A DNA stretch of 39,870 nt from positions 1-39,870 of the forward strand of contig JANLIJ010000156.1 in NCBI GenBank assembly GCA_024653575.1, given 5' to 3'. Positions 1 through 6,960 of the stretch are shown here, one piece after another. The position numbers and the translations under genes were made by a program. The stretch's first letter is position 1, and the number at the start of each line of letters is the position of its first letter. The stretch is from Candidatus Kaiserbacteria bacterium (GTDB taxonomy: Bacteria > Patescibacteriota > Minisyncoccia > Phycocordibacterales > UBA918). The notes under the pieces were generated by a model, which was not told the origin of the DNA, searched no databases, and was given only the letters and a program-made list of their open reading frames with translations.

Positions 1-78
1 CTAAAGAAAATTTCTCTAATAAACCCTTCATCTTGGAGGGTTTATTAGTTCTAGCCAAAGTGACCCCTAGTGAGAATT
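1..78 (+). repeat. Cassette-junction repeat, copy A (3' half only; the window starts inside it)
   Basis: CTAAAGAAAA is followed by a variable hairpin (16-27 CTAATAAACCCT / 37-48 AGGGTTTATTAG). Then comes conserved TTCTAGCCAAAGTGACCCCTAGTGAGAATT, near-identical to 2669-2698. Confidence 0.6.
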
Positions 79-101
79 AATTTTGGTATACTTTCTTAAT
101 T

Positions 102-644
102 ATGAAAATATTTTTAGTAAGGCACGGGGAGACGACAGGCGATGTGGAAGACAGATATGGGGGAAGCTACGATGACCACCTTACTGAGTTAGGAAAGGAA
201 CAGCTTGCCGTAACGGCGAATAATTTAGTCGGCAAAGGCATTGAAATTATTTTCGTCAGCCCTTTAATTAGAGCATGGGAAAGTGCCGAAATCATCAAGC
301 TCAAAACAGGGTGTCCTGTTGAGATTGTGAATGGGCTTGAGGAGAGGGGTTACGGAGTACTCTCTGGTCTTACGAAGGCAGAAGCTTTGGAGAAATACCC
401 TGAAGTGGTTGAAGCACACAAGAACCCCTTAAACACTGACCCTGAAGGGGAAAGTTATGATGATTTTAAAAACAGAGTTTTAGAGACGTTTCAAAAAATA
501 ACCCAAAAGGAATACAGTGCAATAGCGGTTGTATCTCACGGTGGTCCGATTAAGCAGGTACTTGCTCACTTAGGGAAAAGTATTCCTGAAAAGATTGGTG
601 ACGGAGGGATTATTGAAGTTAACAAATGGTGCACTCGTGAGTAG
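102..644 (+). CDS. Histidine phosphatase family protein (phosphoglycerate mutase-like)
   Basis: N-terminal LVRHGET (RHG catalytic motif) and distal VVSHGGPI motif. TGgTATACT extended -10 at 84-92, 9 nt before the ATG. No SD. Confidence 0.85.
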   Translation: MKIFLVRHGETTGDVEDRYGGSYDDHLTELGKEQLAVTANNLVGKGIEIIFVSPLIRAWESAEIIKLKTGCPVEIVNGLEERGYGVLSGLTKAEALEKYPEVVEAHKNPLNTDPEGESYDDFKNRVLETFQKITQKEYSAIAVVSHGGPIKQVLAHLGKSIPEKIGDGGIIEVNKWCTRE

Positions 645-860
645 GGTAGAATGTTGGAATATAAATACTCGAATCACCCAAACGCTCAAATATAGTTCTG
701 ACATCTCTATACAGAGACTGTACAGGTTGTCGCTCTGACGAGCTGGCAACCTCTTGCAGAATGGGTCCCGATCCCATTCCTCACTCCACGACGACGCACA
801 ATTTTTAGAGGTATATTTTACAAGGGTTTTCTAGACACCATACCGAGAAGCTCGAACTGA
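642..860 (+). repeat. Cassette-junction repeat, copy B (expanded version)
   Basis: TAGGGTAGA..GGAATATAAATACTCG..CTCAAATATAGTTCTGACATCTC aligns with copies C, D and E. It has an internal extra segment with a hairpin GAATGGG/CCCATTC. It ends with CCACGACGACGCAC and a degenerate TTCTAGAC tail. Confidence 0.6.
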
Positions 861-866
861 GTAGTT

Positions 867-875
867 TGTTATAAT
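867..875 (+). promoter_or_regulatory. Extended -10 promoter TGtTATAAT, 6 nt upstream of the ATG at 882 (leaderless-type arrangement)
   Basis: Perfect TGnTATAAT. No SD between it and the start codon. Confidence 0.55.
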
Positions 876-881
876 GCTCAG

Positions 882-1844
882 ATGGAAGCTGTTCACACAA
901 AAAATATAGATTTCTTGGAAGAGTATCTTACTAACCAACAATTTGATTGGGTTAATTACGACTTTGAAATTGATATTTCCTACTTCACTAGCGGTGGTGG
1001 TACTCACCTTTATTTAATCAAAAACGGAAAAGACAGATTTTTGGCAAGAATCAATTTTTATCCAGGTAAAAATGAATGGGGAGTAAAAAAGACAGAGTTT
1101 GAAACGCTCAAAGCAATTGAGGTGCTTTGTATAGCACCAAAAGCATTTGCTTTGTGTACTGACAACTCACTAGGGCAAGATTTCACTATTGTTGAGTATG
1201 TCGAGGGTGAGAATGTAAAACGATTTGAAGATGAGAGAATAAAAATGCTGGCCAATGATTTACACAAGCTACACGATTTTAAAATTCCTGACTTGGATAA
1301 TAATTCAGTTTCTTACATCTGCGACATCTACAATGAATTTTCTCAAGGTACAGACAAGCAGATAGAGCAATATGAATTTGATGGTAGGGGAAAAGTTGCT
1401 CCTTTATACAACGAAATAAAAAATGATTTAGGAATTTGGTTTAACGGATTAACTATCTTTTCTGACAGCAAAAATATCTGCCTTTGTCATGCCGATTTAA
1501 AATCAGAGAACATTTTGGTGACTTCAACTGGAATTAAACTTATTGATTGGGAGTGTGCTGGTACTGATATCCCAGAAACAGATATTGGAAGGTTATTTTC
1601 TGGCTGTGAGTTTACCAATGAACAACAACACTTGTTTCTGTCTGAATATTATCAAACGCAACCTAACGACATTATTCTGAATAAGATTTTGGCTGTTAGA
1701 ACAGTGTTAGATTTCTTCCGTATTATTGAAGATTATTGTATTCATAAAAGAAAAATTTTGGATGCATCAAGTATGCTGTCTGACCTTCAAAAATTTAAAT
1801 CTACATTTAACCAAACAAGAAATACCTTAAGCCAACAGTCCTAG
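882..1844 (+). CDS. Phosphotransferase family kinase (aminoglycoside phosphotransferase / choline kinase-like fold)
   Basis: Brenner-type catalytic motif CHADLKSENILV followed by LIDWECAG. Confidence 0.8.
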   Translation: MEAVHTKNIDFLEEYLTNQQFDWVNYDFEIDISYFTSGGGTHLYLIKNGKDRFLARINFYPGKNEWGVKKTEFETLKAIEVLCIAPKAFALCTDNSLGQDFTIVEYVEGENVKRFEDERIKMLANDLHKLHDFKIPDLDNNSVSYICDIYNEFSQGTDKQIEQYEFDGRGKVAPLYNEIKNDLGIWFNGLTIFSDSKNICLCHADLKSENILVTSTGIKLIDWECAGTDIPETDIGRLFSGCEFTNEQQHLFLSEYYQTQPNDIILNKILAVRTVLDFFRIIEDYCIHKRKILDASSMLSDLQKFKSTFNQTRNTLSQQS

Positions 1845-1892
1845 ATCAGGAATATAAATACTCGCATCATTCTATTTCTTACGCTACTCAAT
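1842..1892 (+). repeat. Cassette-junction repeat, copy C (5' part only, truncated)
   Basis: TAGATCAGGAATATAAATACTCGCATCATTCTATTTCTTACGCTACTCAA matches the first ~50 nt of copies B and D. It then diverges into the higB promoter. Confidence 0.55.
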
Positions 1893-1922
1893 TTTGCATT
1901 TTCATGATGATATACTGCGTGT

Positions 1923-2228
1923 ATGCAGATTGTTGTACAAAATTCTGCTCTGAAACTACTTGAGTCACTGACTCCTTCCGAGCTTGCGAAAGCAATTCGA
2001 ACCATTGACCTGCTTGAAGAATTTGGTCATGAGCTTGGGTTACCGCATAGTCGGCACATGCAGGGCGGACTGCTCGAGTTGCGGGTTCGAGGTAAACGTG
2101 AGATACGAATCTTCTATTGTTTTCATAAAAATAAAGCAGTATTGCTCCACGCATTTATCAAAAAGACAGAGCGGGCTCCCACAAAAGAACTACAACGTGC
2201 TCATCTGGCTAAGGACACCTTGCAGTAA
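1923..2228 (+). CDS. higB: Type II toxin, HigB / phage Gp49-like (RelE/ParE superfamily)
   Basis: LELRVRGKREIRIFYCFHKNKAVLLHAFIKKTERAPTKEL is typical of Gp49-like toxins. An XRE antitoxin follows. TGaTATACT at 1908-1916 lies 6 nt before the ATG. Confidence 0.8.
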   Translation: MQIVVQNSALKLLESLTPSELAKAIRTIDLLEEFGHELGLPHSRHMQGGLLELRVRGKREIRIFYCFHKNKAVLLHAFIKKTERAPTKELQRAHLAKDTLQ

Positions 2229-2248
2229 TATAACTTATAAGTTATATT
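2227..2248. promoter_or_regulatory. Perfect 22 bp palindrome AATATAACTTATAAGTTATATT between higB and higA
   Basis: Verified self-complementary by reverse-complementing. It overlaps the higB stop codon and a TATATT -10-like box located 6 nt before the higA ATG. Confidence 0.5.
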
Positions 2249-2254
2249 GTACGT

Positions 2255-2530
2255 ATGGCAACTCCATACAAAAAATTCAAAATAAGCGCGCTTGCAAATA
2301 AGGAGGTAAAGGTAGCATATGATGCGCTTGCTCCAGAATATGAGGTAGTGCGAACCATCATAAAGTACCGTTTGAAGCGTGGGTGGTCACAGACTGAGCT
2401 TGCTGAGGCAGTAGGCAGTCGTCAACCAGTGATTTCTCGTCTCGAACGTGGAGAAGGCAATCCCTCTTTACAGACACTGCATAAAATAGCAAATGCACTC
2501 AACCTCTCCTTACAGGTGTCGATGAAGTAG
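2255..2530 (+). CDS. higA: XRE-family HTH antitoxin (HigA-like)
   Basis: RGWSQTELAEAVGSRQPVISRLERGEGNPSLQTLHKIANAL is a canonical Cro/C1 HTH. It lies immediately downstream of the toxin. Confidence 0.85.
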   Translation: MATPYKKFKISALANKEVKVAYDALAPEYEVVRTIIKYRLKRGWSQTELAEAVGSRQPVISRLERGEGNPSLQTLHKIANALNLSLQVSMK

Positions 2531-2542
2531 TACGTTCAGCAG

Positions 2543-2698
2543 TAGGGTAAAAGCTAGGAATATAAATCGTTACATCATTTATTCTCTCAAACACAGTTCT
2601 AACGTCCTCTACGACGTCGCCCTAAAGAGAAAAGAACCAAAATGTCCCCTAAACAGGGGACATTTTGGTTCTAGCCAAACGGTGCCCTAATGGGAATT
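2543..2698 (+). repeat. Cassette-junction repeat, copy D (most complete)
   Basis: The 5' part reads TAGGGTAAAAGCTAGGAATATAAATCG..CTCAAACACAGTTCTAACGTCCTCTACGACGTCGCCCTAAAGAGAAA. A perfect 17 bp hairpin follows at 2633-2672. The 3' part reads (G)TTCTAGCCAAACGGTGCCCTAATGGGAATT. Confidence 0.65.
2633..2672 (+). terminator. Perfect 17 bp stem-loop (AGAACCAAAATGTCCCC-taaaca-GGGGACATTTTGGTTCT)
   Basis: Seen directly. Located after higA and embedded in repeat copy D. Confidence 0.55.
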
Positions 2699-2747
2699 TC
2701 GGGGTGGTATTATTATGTGAGCTTTTAATATTAACAAACCCATCACT

Positions 2748-2978
2748 ATGTCATTGGAAGGAATACCAAAACAGAATATTAAATTAAATGAAGAAGAGCC
2801 CCCACAAGTCGTTGGAGACAAAGCTAATCGGGAATTTCGTGACGAGTTAGATGAGTTTACTTGGCTTCGCGATACGTTGGCGTCTGGAGGTGTGCTTAAA
2901 GATGAAGAACTTAAAAGGATGGAGGAACTGGCGGGCATGTTTGAAAGACTCCATAATCGTATCGGTTTAGGTGAGTAA
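2748..2978 (+). CDS. Hypothetical small acidic protein
   Basis: 76 aa E/K/L-rich helical-looking ORF. The antisense ORF 2687-2938 is Ser-rich and looks like a shadow. Followed by repeat copy E. Confidence 0.35.
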   Translation: MSLEGIPKQNIKLNEEEPPQVVGDKANREFRDELDEFTWLRDTLASGGVLKDEELKRMEELAGMFERLHNRIGLGE

Positions 2979-3024
2979 AAAAAGAATATTATTGGCTTTA
3001 TTTAAACTATAATAATTCATGGAT

Positions 3025-3160
3025 TAGGGTAACCTAGGCCATGATTCTCGGCTGAAACTCTGGAATGTAGATACTTGTATCCCTCAACCTTTCAAACACA
3101 GTTTTAACATCCCACACAACGTCGCCCTCGTAGTAAAAATCCCCTCACGGGGATTTTTAG
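3025..3160 (+). repeat. Cassette-junction repeat, copy E
   Basis: TAGGGTAACC..GGAATGTAGATACTTG..TTCAAACACAGTTTTAACATCCCACACAACGTCGCCCT, then hairpin 3135-3158 AAAAATCCCC-tcac-GGGGATTTTT. It lacks the TTCTAGCC tail. Confidence 0.6.
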
Positions 3161-3195
3161 GTAGTATGTCGAGACGCAGAAAACTCTCGCCAATC

Positions 3196-3702
3196 CTAGT
3201 CCGTCAAAACTTCAGTTGTAGCGGGGAGGGTCTTCTTAATTATTTCGAGATCGGCCTGTGAGTAGTCGTTTCCTCGTAAATTGAGAATCTTGAGATTGGA
3301 TAGGTTTCCGAGTTCGTAGGGAAGCCCTGTTATCTGATTGTTGGAAAGATTGAGCTCCTCAAGATTTTTCAATTGACCAATTTCAGCAGGAACTCCCGAA
3401 AAGTGATTATTGCTTAAATTGAGTACTTTCAAATTTTGTAGCTGGCGCACTTCAGCTTGCAAAGAGCCACCAAGATTGTTGTTTGATAGATCCAGTTTTT
3501 GAATATCCGTTTTATCAAAGACATAATCTGGAATCTTTTTCAGTTCTTGACCACTCAAATCCAACACACCGTTGTTTGCATCATTTCCAGAGACTACCGA
3601 GGACACTTCTCCTGCAATACTCCCATCCTCTTGTTTGAACATAACAACCACAACAACAACCACCACAAAGACCACCGCAACTGCGACAAATATTTTTATC
3701 AT
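3196..3702 (-). CDS. Membrane-anchored leucine-rich repeat (LRR) protein
   Basis: N-terminal poly-Val TM segment (VAVVFVVVVVVVVMF). Then about 5 LRR units of ~23 aa (LxxLxLSNNxLxGxLPxEIGQLxNL). Confidence 0.85.
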   Translation of the reverse strand: MIKIFVAVAVVFVVVVVVVVMFKQEDGSIAGEVSSVVSGNDANNGVLDLSGQELKKIPDYVFDKTDIQKLDLSNNNLGGSLQAEVRQLQNLKVLNLSNNHFSGVPAEIGQLKNLEELNLSNNQITGLPYELGNLSNLKILNLRGNDYSQADLEIIKKTLPATTEVLTD

Positions 3703-3772
3703 ACTCTTTATGCCGTCTTGACCCCTCTTTTGTTACAGGTGCAAAATATAGTGTGTGCATACAAATAAAAAA

Positions 3773-3796
3773 GGGACGAGTGCAATGACTCGTCCC
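3773..3796 (-). terminator. Rho-independent terminator for the minus-strand pair 4437->3815
   Basis: GGGACGAGT / ACTCGTCCC stem. An A-run on the plus strand gives a T-run on the minus strand directly after the stem. Confidence 0.7.
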
Positions 3797-3814
3797 AGGT
3801 TCAATACCCGTTAG

Positions 3815-4024
3815 TTACTCGGGGAGGTCCTTCATGATGTTCACGAGCGTCTCCTCTGCTTTATTGAGGCTTGACGTCAGCTCATTGAGTGACGGTGCAA
3901 CCGCGGTCTGAAGTCGGTGCCTCTCATAAGCCTGACCCGCGTCGAATGCCTGTGCCAGAAGTTCTTCAACCTTCACCGTGTTAACTTGCGACGCCAAACT
4001 GTCTATAATGCTCCGCTTTTTCAT
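3815..4024 (-). CDS. Hypothetical small protein (start moved to MKKRS)
   Basis: AAGGAG SD (4030-4035) lies 5 nt upstream of the ATG at 4024. This start removes the overlap with the upstream gene. Confidence 0.5.
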   Translation of the reverse strand: MKKRSIIDSLASQVNTVKVEELLAQAFDAGQAYERHRLQTAVAPSLNELTSSLNKAEETLVNIMKDLPE

Positions 4025-4035
4025 TTTCGCTCCTT

Positions 4036-4437
4036 TTATCTGACACACAGTTTCTTGGGCGAGTCGACGGCGAGTCGAAATGCTTCAGATTCGGAGTGTG
4101 TCCTCCCACGCTCGTCCCACCAGGTGAAACTGGTAACGAACGACACGGTTTTGCCGGTCGTCCGTACACAGTACTTCCCCTTTTCTGTGTACGTCTTGAA
4201 CCCCTTTACCTTCTCAAGACTGCGTGGGGTGTCGTGGTCCTCCGGCCAGCAGGGGATGAAGTCGAGGAACTCCTTCCGGGTGTGCTTCATTGAAATACAC
4301 CCTTTTCCGTTTAGGGAACGAGGGTTCTTTTGGAACGCCTCATTCTCCTCGTAGTACCCTTGTTCTTCCATCCCGGCATGCGCAGAGGCAGAGAAAAACG
4401 AGAACAGGGTGAAAAGTACAGCAATACTCTTGTTCAT
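4036..4437 (-). CDS. Hypothetical secreted protein
   Basis: Signal-peptide-like N-terminus MNKSIAVLFTLFSFFSASAHA. AAGGAGG SD 5 nt upstream. Locally higher GC than the flanks. Confidence 0.6.
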   Translation of the reverse strand: MNKSIAVLFTLFSFFSASAHAGMEEQGYYEENEAFQKNPRSLNGKGCISMKHTRKEFLDFIPCWPEDHDTPRSLEKVKGFKTYTEKGKYCVRTTGKTVSFVTSFTWWDERGRTHSESEAFRLAVDSPKKLCVR

Positions 4438-4624
4438 GATGCCCTCCTTGGGCTGTGGTTAACTATTTACTATTATAACAGATTAACCTTATGAAGTCAA
4501 GGGTTCAGAAATGGCTTATAATAGGGCCAATTCGGTGAAGAAAAGTCACTATCTAAATTTTCTGTATGTGTAGATGTGATATCCTTAAATAATCTATTTT
4601 TATTAAATCAATGTGTGATCCTTT

Positions 4625-5401
4625 ATGAAATTTGAAAAATCAGAACTCTTTGGAAAAAGTGATGTCAGAAATGAACAAAGTGAGCGTCTTTTAAAAAATC
4701 CAGACCGTGACTGGCTTCTTAAGCGTACAGAGTATTTTTTTCGAAACTTAATTAAGGAGAGAAATATTGATATTGGGGAGGAAGAATTGGATAGTATTGA
4801 TTATCTATTTTCCAGCAATAATTATAAAGGGCTGGTGACGGTCTATGGCAACACAATTCGACAAAGAACTGATGGAGGGTATGAGACTGCTCACAAGGAT
4901 GATTCTAAAGAAATAAAACCCTTTAAGGATTTGACTGCACAAGAAACAGACGAATTTTTGCATAGGTATAAATTCGATGCACTTATACCACTCTGGGGTG
5001 AGGCAAGTGAGATGGCAGATAAAGAAGGGGATTCTCAGACAAGTCCTGAGTCAACCCCACCATCACTCCCCCCTGACGCGAGATATTTGCAAAAGGATGA
5101 AACCTTGTCACAAACCATGGGAACAGCTTTTTATAGTGAGAAACTCACTGATGGTCGACACAACCATTATCCTAAGATTGGAGCATTCGGTTTGTCTACA
5201 AGATACGGGAGAATAAATGGAGTTCTTATCTGGTGTGACGGCGAGTCTGCAATATTTGACACTCCTCAGGGGAAACTAAGGATTCGATTCACAGATGTGG
5301 TTTCCCCAAGTGGTAAAACTTATGGTGAACTTGTTGATGAAGAAAGGGATGAGGAGGTGCACCGAGAAAAAAATACTAAACTTAGATATAGGTCACATTG
5401 A
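4625..5401 (+). CDS. Hypothetical protein
   Basis: 258 aa AT-rich ORF with no competing frame and no motif I recognise. Confidence 0.5.
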   Translation: MKFEKSELFGKSDVRNEQSERLLKNPDRDWLLKRTEYFFRNLIKERNIDIGEEELDSIDYLFSSNNYKGLVTVYGNTIRQRTDGGYETAHKDDSKEIKPFKDLTAQETDEFLHRYKFDALIPLWGEASEMADKEGDSQTSPESTPPSLPPDARYLQKDETLSQTMGTAFYSEKLTDGRHNHYPKIGAFGLSTRYGRINGVLIWCDGESAIFDTPQGKLRIRFTDVVSPSGKTYGELVDEERDEEVHREKNTKLRYRSH

Positions 5402-5430
5402 TTTTTCTAAAAAACACACATTACAACCCA

Positions 5431-5480
5431 TCTCTAAAACACAGATCTGACATACTCTGTTGTGGTGCTGTACGGGTGAG
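5431..5480 (+). repeat. Cassette-junction repeat, copy F (partial, core only)
   Basis: TCTCTAAAACACAGATCTGACATACTC matches the CTCAAACACAGTTCTRACRTC core of copies B, D and E. Confidence 0.4.
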
Positions 5481-5538
5481 TTTTTGAGATATCAAATAAT
5501 CATTTGCACCAGTATCTTTTCGCCAGTACCATGAGTGT

Positions 5539-6042
5539 ATGAAAACCATCACCGTACACGACAGCATGCAGGATGGGTATACCTATATATGCACGGAGCC
5601 AGTGGGGAAGGGATTTCATTCTGATTTTAAGCCGGAGCTCTCCCCAAAGGAAATGCTCGAACTCGGCGTTTTTGGCGGGCTTTACATGACGGACTGCAGA
5701 AACGAGTTTCCAAAGGAGTGGTTTAAGAATGCGAAACTCTCACCTGACGGGAAGCGCCACAAGGAACTTAATTATTTCAAAGTGAATGCAAGTCAGTCGC
5801 TCGCCATATGGCAAAAGAATGGGTGGATACATAAAGATGACCCACGAGGGTGGTTTCAGTGGTATTGCCGGTATTACATGGGACGGAGGTATGAGGATGA
5901 TGAGCGACAAATACGGCGATGGAAGATGATCGGAAGGCACATTGCGCAAGTCATGCACAATTGCATGCGGGGAGACCTCACCTGTCGGCCGAGACAGCGA
6001 CAAGCGCTTCTTCATTGGGCGATGGACAGTCGGAAGATTTGA
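5539..6042 (+). CDS. Conserved hypothetical protein (W/R/Y-rich motif GWFQWYCRYYMGRR..DDERQIRRW)
   Basis: 167 aa ORF with a globular-looking composition. I cannot name the family with confidence. Confidence 0.55.
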   Translation: MKTITVHDSMQDGYTYICTEPVGKGFHSDFKPELSPKEMLELGVFGGLYMTDCRNEFPKEWFKNAKLSPDGKRHKELNYFKVNASQSLAIWQKNGWIHKDDPRGWFQWYCRYYMGRRYEDDERQIRRWKMIGRHIAQVMHNCMRGDLTCRPRQRQALLHWAMDSRKI

Positions 6043-6078
6043 TACAAAAATTTTGGGGTGTTGTATACTGGAGGGAAT

Positions 6079-6174
6079 ATGGATACTGCAGACATCATCG
6101 GTGGAGTCATTGGCATCTTTCTCATTGGTGCGGGGTTTGGATACTACGCGACACGACTTATCTTAGGAATCTAG
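6079..6174 (+). CDS. Candidate 31 aa single-TM small peptide (MDTADIIGGVIGIFLIGAGFGYYATRLILGI)
   Basis: Not in the ORF track because it is under 60 aa. GGAGGG at 6070-6075 lies 3 nt before the ATG. The sequence is hydrophobic and Gly-rich. Its 3' end overlaps the convergent ZIP gene by 12 nt. Confidence 0.3.
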   Translation: MDTADIIGGVIGIFLIGAGFGYYATRLILGI

Positions 6175-6939
6175 ACGAGTACTCGAGACTTCATCATGTG
6201 GGAGGAGTGTGTGCGTATAGGTAATAAGTGCGCCAATGATAGCGACACCAAGAATGGTGATGAGAAATGTTCTCTTAAAGTGCTCACGGTGTGAATGACG
6301 AAGTTCGGGGATGAAGTCGGTCGCAGCGATGTAGAGAAGATTTCCTGCAGCGATGCCTGTGAGGAGGAATGCATAGCCCGCGAAAGACTGTGCAAAAAAG
6401 TAGGTGAGGAGAACACCGACGAGAATGCTCGACGCTGACGCGAAATTATAGATGAGCGCTTTGCCTCGTGTGCACCCCGCATGAATGAGGATGCTATATT
6501 CTGCAATTTCTTGTGGAATCTCGTGAAGCGCAATACCGACGGCAGTAAGCGTGCCAACGAATGGATTTACCATGAAGGCTGACGCAATAACGATGCCATC
6601 GGCAACATTATGGACGCTGTCACCAATGAGGAGTTTGTGCGCTCCGTTATGCATACAGGTGTCATGGTCATCAACGTGGTGATGGTGGAATGTCTCAAGG
6701 ATGTGTGAGAGGAGATAAAATCCGAGGAATCCCACAAGAACAACGAGTGGTCCCCATTCGTGTGAAGATTCAAATGTTTCAGGAAGGAGCTCGAAGAAGA
6801 CTACTCCAAGGAATATTCCAATTGCGAGGGGGACGATGTGTGTATGAATTTTCTCCAGTATTTTTGAATTACTAAAGAAGACCCCTCCGATGAGGGAAAG
6901 GGACATAATGCAGAGCGCACTCAAAATAGCTTCAAACAT
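6163..6939 (-). CDS. ZIP family divalent metal transporter
   Basis: His-rich loop HHHHVDDHD, GDSVHNVADGIVIASAF and ALHEIPQEIAEY motifs. Confidence 0.9.
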   Translation of the reverse strand: MFEAILSALCIMSLSLIGGVFFSNSKILEKIHTHIVPLAIGIFLGVVFFELLPETFESSHEWGPLVVLVGFLGFYLLSHILETFHHHHVDDHDTCMHNGAHKLLIGDSVHNVADGIVIASAFMVNPFVGTLTAVGIALHEIPQEIAEYSILIHAGCTRGKALIYNFASASSILVGVLLTYFFAQSFAGYAFLLTGIAAGNLLYIAATDFIPELRHSHREHFKRTFLITILGVAIIGALITYTHTLLPHDEVSSTRLDS

Positions 6940-6960
6940 GATAATTACAAGTGTATACTC

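Noticed and set aside
735-742. Hammerhead-ribozyme-like CUGACGAG inside repeat copy B.
   Set aside because: There is no downstream GAAA core element or suitable three-stem arrangement. The nearest candidate is GAAT in GCAGAATGGG. The motif is absent from the other repeat copies.
642-3160. Diversity-generating retroelement (template and variable repeat pairs).
   Set aside because: Differences between repeat copies are not confined to adenine positions. The repeats are intergenic rather than at the 3' end of a target gene. No reverse transcriptase is present.
1-5480. Calling the left-end repeats bona fide integron attC sites, and the region an integron.
   Set aside because: The candidate boxes do not fit RYYYAAC / GTTRRRY. 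On the plus strand I find TTCTAAC and GTTCTAG, and on the reverse strand GTTAGAA and CTAGAAC. They are also not mutually complementary beyond AAC/GTT. The hairpins are perfect, without the extrahelical bases or the unpaired spacer typical of attC. No intI is in the window. I keep it only as an integron-like hypothesis in the findings.
6040-6042. UGA recoding (a Gracilibacteria/SR1-type genetic code).
   Set aside because: Conserved genes such as nrdA, ileS and glyA are full length without in-frame TGA. TGA also ends several ORFs (5401, 6042, 18571, 25100, 38077) at sensible positions. The standard code fits.
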